The position numbers and the translations under genes were made by a program. This document shows, piece by piece, positions 17,077 through 24,238 of a stretch of 64,000 nt of DNA. The stretch covers positions 35,833 to 99,832 of the forward strand of contig JAGGWN010000016.1 in assembly GCA_021157415.1 (NCBI GenBank), given 5' to 3'. The notes below the pieces were generated by a model. That model had not been told where the DNA came from and did no database searches. It saw nothing but the letters and a program-made list of their open reading frames with translations. This DNA comes from Bacteroidales bacterium. Its GTDB lineage: Bacteria; Bacteroidota; Bacteroidia; Bacteroidales; VadinHA17. Numbering within the stretch: position 1 is the stretch's first letter; every line of letters starts with the position of its first letter.

Positions 17077-19149
17077 ATGTTAAAATTTTTAATATTTATT
17101 GCTATGCTTCGAAAAGTTAATGGTTTACGGTATGGTATCTTGTTAGGCCTGTTTTTCATCTCAGGATGTCTGACAGGAGTTTTTTCCCAGGACACCACGG
17201 ATATGGAAAGATATTTTCCGGATATTCAAATCACTCATTCGAATGGGCCTGCCCCGGGATATTTTTTTATTGCCACGAAAAAACAATATGTAAATGATGT
17301 GAATTATTTTACGATCATTGATAATTATGGTACTCCTGTTTATTTCAGACTGGTAAAAGATATGGCAGCCGGAACACAGGTAAGGGATGGCTATATTTAT
17401 ATGCTGGAAGGACCTGAAAAGGTTTATTTCAAACTGGATTCGTTTTTTCATAAGCTTGATACCTTTAATACAAAAGGATATAAGCTTGACGGACATGATT
17501 TTGACATAGATGAAAACGGCCACTATCTTTTACTTGGAAATCAACTTCGTACGGTTGATATGACCCAATACGGAGGGCCTTCCGATGCTACTGTCAGGGA
17601 TAAAGTTGTGCAGGAATTTGATGCGGATAAAAATTTAATATTTACCTGGAAAGCATGGGAACATTACCAGATCACCGATGCCAATGAAAATTCTCCTTAT
17701 GTGGATCTCACTGCAAGTACGGTTGACTATCTCCATGCCAATTCGATAAAATTTGATTCGGATACAAGTTTTTTATTGTCGTGCAGACATTTTGACGAGA
17801 TAACAAAAATAGATCGGCGTACAGGAGACATAATATGGAGATTGGGAGGGAAACACAATGAATTTACTTTTGTAAATGACACCATCCACTTTTCACATCC
17901 TCATACGGTTAGAAAACTGGAGAATGGAAATATTCAGATTTTTGACAATGGGGATTTACACAATCCTCAAATTACCAGTGTAGTGGAATACAGGCTGGAT
18001 GAAGTGAATAAGATAGCTACGTTGGTAAGAAGACAGTATCATGTCCCGGATGTTTATGCGGATCATGGCGGGGGGGAACAAATGCTGCCCAACAATGATT
18101 TGCTCGTGTATTGGGGTATGGAATCCCCCTCTTTTACTGAGTACCATCCCGATGGTTCGGTAGCCATTGAAATGGATTATTCTTCGCATAGTTTTGCATC
18201 ACGTGTGGCCAAGGCAGTTTGGAAACACAAGGTTTTTGTGACGGCTACGGATACGATCAATTTTGGTATGTGGGACGGCTATACCGAAGCGGAATATTTG
18301 CTGACATTGCATAACAATACGGATTCGGTTCTGAAAATTACGGGATACCTGACCCATACGGATAATTTCAGCATTCATGAAGATCTTCCCGTGGAAATAC
18401 CTGCCCATGGAGACAAGGACATAACTGTAGTCTATTTTCCGCAAAATGCACAAACCGGTTATATAAAAGATGTTTTGACCATTCAGTCGGAATACCCGCA
18501 TCTCTATCTGGCACAACAGGTGGTGATGATCGGCAGGAAGGAAGACATACAAGCGCCGGAGGCTACCATAACGCCCGATACTGCCCATGTGCCCCTGAAT
18601 GCTGTCGTCCGGGTAAATTTTACCGAACCGGTGCGTCTGATCAATGGAACGGAATTGGATTATAAGAATGTGGATACTTTGGTTACTTTCAAAAAAGACG
18701 GCCCGGACGGGGAAAGTGTCCCTTACAATGCCAATGTCAGTACGGATAAGAAACATATTGAGATCATTCCTGCCGATTCACTGGATCCGGACCAGACCTA
18801 CTATATCATGGTGAGGGAGGGCCTCGAAGATTATTCCGGGAATCCTCTTCCTCCGGTTTCCGGAAAATTTTCCACGGGCTCGGAAATAGCTGACCTCCTG
18901 ACCCCCGGGAAACATGAAGTGCAAGTCTATCCAAATCCGACCGAAGGAAATCTTGTGATCAAAACAGACCTGAACAGTGCCTGGAAGATCCGGATTTTCT
19001 CTATGCTTGGCACCTTGATGACTGAAAAAGATAACATTTCCGGAGATAGGATTGAACTGAAATTATTTCACCTGAATCCCGGCATGTATTTTGTGGTGAT
19101 CACCGCAGACGGAAAGAAAATTAAAACGGAAAAGGTAATTGTAAAATAA
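17077..19149 (+). CDS. Arylsulfotransferase (ASST)-family beta-propeller protein + Ig-like domain + T9SS C-terminal sorting domain (tandem paralog)
   Basis: 690 aa, collinear with 14939..16993 and by eye slightly more than half identical across the propeller. Motifs: DGHDFDI, DYLHANSI, LSCRHFDEITKIDRRTGDIIWRLGG, FSHPHTVRKLENGNIQIFDNGD. Ig-like region PEATITPDTAHVPLNAVVRVNFTEPV. C-terminal domain VQVYPNPTEGNLVIKTD...GMYFVVITADGKKIKTEKVIVK. Confidence 0.75.
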   Translation: MLKFLIFIAMLRKVNGLRYGILLGLFFISGCLTGVFSQDTTDMERYFPDIQITHSNGPAPGYFFIATKKQYVNDVNYFTIIDNYGTPVYFRLVKDMAAGTQVRDGYIYMLEGPEKVYFKLDSFFHKLDTFNTKGYKLDGHDFDIDENGHYLLLGNQLRTVDMTQYGGPSDATVRDKVVQEFDADKNLIFTWKAWEHYQITDANENSPYVDLTASTVDYLHANSIKFDSDTSFLLSCRHFDEITKIDRRTGDIIWRLGGKHNEFTFVNDTIHFSHPHTVRKLENGNIQIFDNGDLHNPQITSVVEYRLDEVNKIATLVRRQYHVPDVYADHGGGEQMLPNNDLLVYWGMESPSFTEYHPDGSVAIEMDYSSHSFASRVAKAVWKHKVFVTATDTINFGMWDGYTEAEYLLTLHNNTDSVLKITGYLTHTDNFSIHEDLPVEIPAHGDKDITVVYFPQNAQTGYIKDVLTIQSEYPHLYLAQQVVMIGRKEDIQAPEATITPDTAHVPLNAVVRVNFTEPVRLINGTELDYKNVDTLVTFKKDGPDGESVPYNANVSTDKKHIEIIPADSLDPDQTYYIMVREGLEDYSGNPLPPVSGKFSTGSEIADLLTPGKHEVQVYPNPTEGNLVIKTDLNSAWKIRIFSMLGTLMTEKDNISGDRIELKLFHLNPGMYFVVITADGKKIKTEKVIVK

Positions 19150-19165
19150 TAAAAGTGACGAAGAA

Positions 19166-20002
19166 ATGGGTAGAAGGAGTTTATTGGCAGTTGTTGCAGG
19201 GCTGGTTGTTGCTGTGACGTTGATGAGTGGTTGCAAGAAGAAAAAAAAGGATGAACCGCCCAAGGATATAATACCTGAAGTATTGGACTTCCGTGGACCA
19301 ACGGTTGTTATGGCGTCGGGGCTGGAGCCCCTGGAATACAAGGTGGCATACAGGGCCGGATCCAAATATACATTTACTGCGACAGGATATGAGGCAACCA
19401 TTGAGGTGCCGGATACGGCCTATCCCAATATTGTGAATGTTACCTGGCACCAGTCCTCTGTTGATACTTCTGCTTACCTGGTTTGTGTGGAAACATCCGT
19501 TACCGGAAATGTATCCGATCCCGACTCGCTTGCTGTCACCCTTAAAAAATTCTGTGCCTGGTCGATGGATGATTTTACAGGAACCTGGGAGGGAAACGAA
19601 ACCGGAGACAGCGACACGACCCTTCTGCTCTCCATTGTATATGACCCGGCTGACGGTGAGGATGTGTTGCGTGTGAAAGCCGTGGCGGATACAAACAGCG
19701 ACGGAGGTGTCTATGCTCCACCCTTCCTGTCCCGGCTGTTTGATGCCTGGGGAGAGCGCTTCGTCAGCCTGAAGGGAAATGAAGGGGATGTTTTACTGCA
19801 TGTGAATCTTCTCTCCGGAAAAATAATCATAGAAAACGACTTCTGGGGGGAAACCATGCCCGGGCCGAACCATTACTGGACCGGGGGAGAAGGAACCTGG
19901 TGCGGATGTAATGATTCTATCAATCTGAATTTTGAAATGTATTGGTCCACCGATTACAGTAAACCCAATGAAACAAGCACCGTCAAACTGAAAAAACAGT
20001 GA
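19166..20002 (+). CDS. Lipoprotein of unknown function
   Basis: MGRRSLLAVVAGLVVAVTLMSGC lipobox followed by KKKKKDEPP. The C-terminal module (FCAWSMDDFTGTWEG...WGE...GTWCGCNDSINLNFEMYW) resembles that of 13593..14798 (YCPITNFGDFAGEYTG...WGE...AYWVGCDGKIVLVVPYQAYW). Confidence 0.65.
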   Translation: MGRRSLLAVVAGLVVAVTLMSGCKKKKKDEPPKDIIPEVLDFRGPTVVMASGLEPLEYKVAYRAGSKYTFTATGYEATIEVPDTAYPNIVNVTWHQSSVDTSAYLVCVETSVTGNVSDPDSLAVTLKKFCAWSMDDFTGTWEGNETGDSDTTLLLSIVYDPADGEDVLRVKAVADTNSDGGVYAPPFLSRLFDAWGERFVSLKGNEGDVLLHVNLLSGKIIIENDFWGETMPGPNHYWTGGEGTWCGCNDSINLNFEMYWSTDYSKPNETSTVKLKKQ

Positions 20003-20019
20003 TTGAACGGAGTGAGAAT

Positions 20020-20063
20020 ATATGTATTTAAATAAATAATTAAATACATATTTAAATATTTAT
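20020..20063. repeat. AT-rich near-palindromic element, copy 1 (terminator-like hairpin)
   Basis: atatgtatttaa-ataaataa-ttaaatacatat forms a 12-bp stem. The reverse complement of 20020..20063 matches 62650..62693 at 42 of 44 positions. Confidence 0.85.
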
Positions 20064-20258
20064 ATTCTAAAAAATTGCATCTCTCTTGCAGATTTGCATA
20101 GGTGTATATGTTTTCCCGGATCTGAACTTTTTTCCCGGCGTTCCTATACGCATCATCGCTCCGTTAAAGCCATGCTGGAAATCCCAACCCCCATTAAAAT
20201 TTCCTAAAAACACGGGAGTTTGGCAGAAAGTGTTAATTTTGCCCCATTGCATAAACAG

Positions 20259-21170
20259 ATGCTTATGAATGGATACCAATTGAATCATTTGCGGGAGTTG
20301 GAAGCCGAGTCGATCTATGTGATCCGGGAAGTGGCTGCCCAGTTTGAAAAACCGGTGTTGTTGTTTTCCGGTGGCAAAGACTCTATCGTTATGTTCTATC
20401 TGGCACGCAAGGCTTTCTGGCCTGCCAGGGTACCTTTTCCCCTGATGCATATTGATACCGGACATAATTTCGCGGAGACCCTGGAATTCAGGGATCAGCT
20501 TATGGAAAAAACCGGAGCAAAGTGTATTGTACGGTATGTCCAGGATACCATAGACGAGGGGAAGGTGGTGGAGGAGACAGGGCCCGGTGCCAGCCGGAAT
20601 ATCCTGCAGACGGTTACCCTGCTGGATGCCATCGAAGAGTTTAAGTTCGATGCTGCCATGGGAGGGGGCCGGAGAGATGAAGAAAAAGCCAGAGCCAAAG
20701 AACGGTTCTTCTCCCACCGGGATGTCTTCGGACAATGGGACCCCAAAAACCAGCGACCCGAATTATGGAACCTGTTTAACGGAAGAAAAAAGATGGGTGA
20801 GCATTTCAGGGTGTTTCCCCTGAGTAACTGGACGGAGATGGATGTGTGGCAGTATATTTTTATGGAGAATGTTGAAATTCCCAAACTCTATTTTACCCAC
20901 GAACGGGAAGTGTTTAACCGGGACGGCGTTTGGCTGGCCACAGCTCCGTTTATGGAGCTTAAAAAAGGGGAGGTTCCTGTGGTGAAAAAAGTCAGGTGCA
21001 GAACCATCGGTGATATTACCAACACCGGCCTGACCCTTTCCGAAGCTCATACGCTGGAAGATATTATCCGGGAAGTGGCCATCACAAGGACAACGGAAAG
21101 AGGGGCCAGATTTGATGACAAACGCTCGGATACAGCTATGGAGGATCGAAAGAAAGAAGGATATTTTTAG
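20259..21170 (+). CDS. cysD: Sulfate adenylyltransferase subunit 2
   Basis: ORF starts at TTG 20220. The ATGs at 20259 and 20265 give M(LM)NGYQLNHLRELEAESIYVIREVAAQF, which is collinear with CysD N-termini. PP-loop LFSGGKDS. Confidence 0.9.
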   Translation: MLMNGYQLNHLRELEAESIYVIREVAAQFEKPVLLFSGGKDSIVMFYLARKAFWPARVPFPLMHIDTGHNFAETLEFRDQLMEKTGAKCIVRYVQDTIDEGKVVEETGPGASRNILQTVTLLDAIEEFKFDAAMGGGRRDEEKARAKERFFSHRDVFGQWDPKNQRPELWNLFNGRKKMGEHFRVFPLSNWTEMDVWQYIFMENVEIPKLYFTHEREVFNRDGVWLATAPFMELKKGEVPVVKKVRCRTIGDITNTGLTLSEAHTLEDIIREVAITRTTERGARFDDKRSDTAMEDRKKEGYF

Positions 21171-21183
21171 AACGATTTACTAC

Positions 21184-21222
21184 GAATCAAGAATCAAGAA
21201 CCAAGAACCAAGAACCAAGAAT
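21184..21222. repeat. Tandem heptanucleotide repeat (GAATCAA x2, GAACCAA x3, partial GAA)
   Basis: Read directly between the cysD stop (21168..21170) and the cysN ATG (21226). Confidence 0.95.
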
Positions 21223-21225
21223 ATT

Positions 21226-22497
21226 ATGTCGGATCTGACAGACGGATATCTCAACATGCAGTTACTCCGGTTTACTACGGCCGGGAGTGTAGACGATGGA
21301 AAAAGCACCCTGATCGGGAGGTTGTTGTATGACAGCAAGGCCATTTTCGAAGATCAGTTGGAGGCCATTGAGCGTGCCAGCGAACGGGCCGGGGCGGAAG
21401 AAGTGAACCTGGCCCTGCTGACAGACGGCTTACGGGCCGAACGGGAGCAAGGGATCACCATTGATGTGGCCTACCGTTATTTTGCCACCCCCAAACGTAA
21501 GTTTATCATTGCCGACACCCCCGGGCATGTGCAATACACCCGCAATATGGTTACCGGCGCCTCCACAGCCAACATGGCGGTGATCCTTGTAGATGCCAGG
21601 CACGGCGTTCTGGAACAAACCATCCGTCACGCTTATATTGCCAGCCTGCTAAGGATCCCTCACCTGCTTGTCTGCGTGAATAAAATGGATCTTGTGGACT
21701 ACAGTGAAAAGATCTTTGAAGACATTCAGACACAGTTCAACAAACTGGCCGGCAAACTGGATATACAGGATGTGAGGTTTGTGCCCATTAGCGCCAAGTA
21801 TGGGGATAATGTGGTGGACCGGTCGGTACATATGCCCTGGTATGAGGGTCCGACATTGATGTACCTGCTTGAGACCATCCATATCGGCAGTGATTATAAT
21901 CATACCCTGCAGCGTTTTCCTGTGCAGTATGTTATACGGCCACAAAGTGACAAGTATCATGATTTCAGGGGATATGCCGGAAGAATCGCCAGCGGTGTAT
22001 TTAAACCGGGGGATCCGGTAAAGGTAATGCCTTCCGGACTCACAAGCCGTATAAAAACCATTGAAATAATGGATAAAAAACTGGATATTGCCTATCCTCC
22101 CCAATCGGTACTGATGACCCTGGAGGATGATATCGATATCAGCCGGGGCGATATGATTGTGGGTGAGAACAAGGCTCCCCAGACCGGAGATAAGATAGAC
22201 CTGATGTTATGCTGGCTGAGTGAGACCCCAATGCGTTTGGGCGGAAAATATTACCTGAAACACACTACCAATGATCTTCGCTGTATGGTGACGGATGTGG
22301 CATACAAGATAGACATCAATACCCTCGATAATATCTATGACGACAAGGGGTTGAGCCTGAATGAGATTGCCAGGGTTCACATCAAAACCACCAAACCCCT
22401 TTACTATGACTCTTACCGGATCAACCGGTTTACGGGGAGTCTGATCCTGATTGATGAAGCCACCAACAATACGGTAGGGGCGGGAATGATCATCTGA
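21226..22497 (+). CDS. cysN: Sulfate adenylyltransferase subunit 1 (GTPase), without a fused APS-kinase domain
   Basis: The ATG at 21226 gives MSDLTDGYLNMQLLRFTTAGSVDDGKSTLIGRLL (G1). DTPGH (G3) and NKMD (G4) are present. About 423 aa, too short to include CysC. Confidence 0.9.
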   Translation: MSDLTDGYLNMQLLRFTTAGSVDDGKSTLIGRLLYDSKAIFEDQLEAIERASERAGAEEVNLALLTDGLRAEREQGITIDVAYRYFATPKRKFIIADTPGHVQYTRNMVTGASTANMAVILVDARHGVLEQTIRHAYIASLLRIPHLLVCVNKMDLVDYSEKIFEDIQTQFNKLAGKLDIQDVRFVPISAKYGDNVVDRSVHMPWYEGPTLMYLLETIHIGSDYNHTLQRFPVQYVIRPQSDKYHDFRGYAGRIASGVFKPGDPVKVMPSGLTSRIKTIEIMDKKLDIAYPPQSVLMTLEDDIDISRGDMIVGENKAPQTGDKIDLMLCWLSETPMRLGGKYYLKHTTNDLRCMVTDVAYKIDINTLDNIYDDKGLSLNEIARVHIKTTKPLYYDSYRINRFTGSLILIDEATNNTVGAGMII

Positions 22498-22545
22498 ATG
22501 ATAAAGATTTTTTCGGTGAACGACGAACGTGAGAGGGTTTTTCCG

Positions 22546-22968
22546 TCATGGTTTGCCGGTCAGTGTTCCTATGATTTCATTGTGGTCAAACGCCAGTTCC
22601 GGTAGATTCTCCAGCGGAAACCAGCGGGCTTTTCCGGCATCATCCCCGGCCACTGGTTCGACACATTTTTTCAGATGGGTGAGATAGACGGCGGTGATGG
22701 TCCGTCCTCTGGGGTCCCGGTCGGGTCTGTCGAACATGCCGGCAAAAGTCATATCCCCGGCCACGATCCCGGTTTCTTCCTGTAACTCACGGCGGGCAGT
22801 ATCCTTCAACCTTTCATTCTCGTCCATAAACCCGCCGGGAAGAGCCCATTTCCCCTGATAAGGGTCATGCGCCCGTTGTATCAGAAGGACAAAAGTTTGC
22901 CCCTCTTTTTCACAAAGCACAATGCTGTCGGCGGTGACTGCCGGGCGGGCATATTTGTAGGTGTACAT
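22546..22968 (-). CDS. NUDIX hydrolase
   Basis: Nudix box GGFMDENERLKDTARRELQEETG. The ATG is at 22968; the ORF track begins one codon earlier at a GTG. Confidence 0.85.
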   Translation of the reverse strand: MYTYKYARPAVTADSIVLCEKEGQTFVLLIQRAHDPYQGKWALPGGFMDENERLKDTARRELQEETGIVAGDMTFAGMFDRPDRDPRGRTITAVYLTHLKKCVEPVAGDDAGKARWFPLENLPELAFDHNEIIGTLTGKP

Positions 22969-23144
22969 CACCGCATCAATCTTTTGTTTCTTCTTTCCAG
23001 ATGAAGCCTGCGCAGGTTTTTTCTTTGTTTGATTCTCATTATGACAAATATGAGAAGAAGAACGAAGATGGCGATGGTCAGGTAAAGGACCGGCCGGAAA
23101 GCTTCTCCGTAAGTCTGAAGACTTAGTGTATCTGTGCTATTCAT
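22968..23144 (-). CDS. Small single-pass membrane protein (58 aa), absent from the ORF track
   Basis: Hand translation: MNSTDTLSLQTYGEAFRPVLYLTIAIFVLLLIFVIMRIKQRKNLRRLHLERRNKRLMR. It has one hydrophobic helix and a strongly basic tail. Its ATG (23144) overlaps the upstream gene's stop region by 8 nt. Its TGA overlaps the Nudix ATG (TGATG). Confidence 0.45.
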   Translation of the reverse strand: MNSTDTLSLQTYGEAFRPVLYLTIAIFVLLLIFVIMRIKQRKNLRRLHLERRNKRLMR

Positions 23145-23934
23145 GGAACGGATCTTTTATGAGTAGAAGTTTATGGGAATATGCTCCTTTTTTCTCATCG
23201 TATATGCCCTGATGATCGAGCCGGTCAATTCTGACGCGTCCTGAGGCGTGGATGATCTTATGTTCGGGAAGGACAATGCCTACATGGGTGATCTTATCTT
23301 CTTTATCCCCGAAAAAAGCCAGATCGCCGGGTTGAGCTTCTTCCGTGAAAGGGACATCTTTGCCTGTCATGCCTTGTTGTGAAGCATCCCGCAGAAGACA
23401 ATATCCGTTGATCCGGAAAATGGTTTGTACAAAACCGGAGCAGTCGAAACCGCAGGAAGTAAGTCCGCCCCACAGGTAAGGTACGCCGACGAAATTAAGG
23501 GCATAATCCGTAAGTGTCAGACGATCTTTGGCGGTCCCGGCTTCAAGGTGGATGTCCGGAAGCATGAAGATAAGATCCCCCACCTTACAGGTATTCTTTT
23601 CTTCATCCCAGAAAGGCAGGCGGGCCCCTTCCGGCAACCGGCGTATCCCGTCGGAAGGATCATTCGTATGGGCCAGAATCATACTGTCAATGATAATGAC
23701 GGGTTCTTCGGCGAGGGCATTGAATTGTTTCTCCGCAAGAGGTACGAACGAACTGTCCGTGATCCATCCTTCATAGTTATCCCACCATCTTTTGACTTTG
23801 TACCATTCATTAATCCTGTCCAGGATTGTGAAGGTATCTCCGAATAGAAGCCCGGAAACCATTTCGGACCGGTGGGAGGGTTGTTTCCGTACAGGAACGG
23901 CCGAAAGTGGGACGATGCCGTATTGTATCATCAT
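23137..23934 (-). CDS. NlpC/P60 (C40) family peptidoglycan peptidase with N-terminal SH3b-like domain
   Basis: Catalytic FDCSGFVQTIF, with downstream ITHVGIVL and IIHAS. The N-terminus is SH3-like (VVPLSAVPVRKQPSHRSEMVSGLLFGDTFTIL). Confidence 0.85.
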   Translation of the reverse strand: MMIQYGIVPLSAVPVRKQPSHRSEMVSGLLFGDTFTILDRINEWYKVKRWWDNYEGWITDSSFVPLAEKQFNALAEEPVIIIDSMILAHTNDPSDGIRRLPEGARLPFWDEEKNTCKVGDLIFMLPDIHLEAGTAKDRLTLTDYALNFVGVPYLWGGLTSCGFDCSGFVQTIFRINGYCLLRDASQQGMTGKDVPFTEEAQPGDLAFFGDKEDKITHVGIVLPEHKIIHASGRVRIDRLDHQGIYDEKKGAYSHKLLLIKDPFHE

Positions 23935-24015
23935 GTCAGTGCCTTTTGTGATTTATTTCAAGCCGCATAAATTTTCATGTAAATATAGGAAGAATGCATG
24001 AGAAAATTAATCATT

Positions 24016-24062
24016 AATTCCGCAATAGAAAGCATTTTGGGTTTTCTATTACGGGATTTGGG
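24016..24062. repeat. GCAATAG...CTATTRC hairpin element, diverged copy C
   Basis: aattccGCAATAGaa-agcattttgggtt-ttCTATTACgggatt-tggg. Arms pair at 13 of 15 positions, or 14 counting one G-U pair. Shares the core and the TTTGGG tail with the copies at 32705 and 56109. Confidence 0.6.
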
Positions 24063-24238
24063 TTGATTTATTTGGATATTCTTTATCATAGGGGTAGGAT
24101 GGATGCCCTTACGTGTTCAAATATTTTCCTGAGATGTTATCCGGAAAACAGGTTTCCCGGATAATTTATATAAATTTGTCAGCATTACACGCTTTCCGGA
24201 TACGGTGGTCGTGTTTTGTTAAGCAAAATTTTGTATAG

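Noticed and set aside
19233-19250. A8 tract inside the lipoprotein gene (encoding CKKKKKD) as a phase-variation switch
   Set aside because: The tract simply encodes the poly-Lys linker that follows the lipobox. Eight residues is short for efficient slippage, and there is no evidence of an alternative frame.
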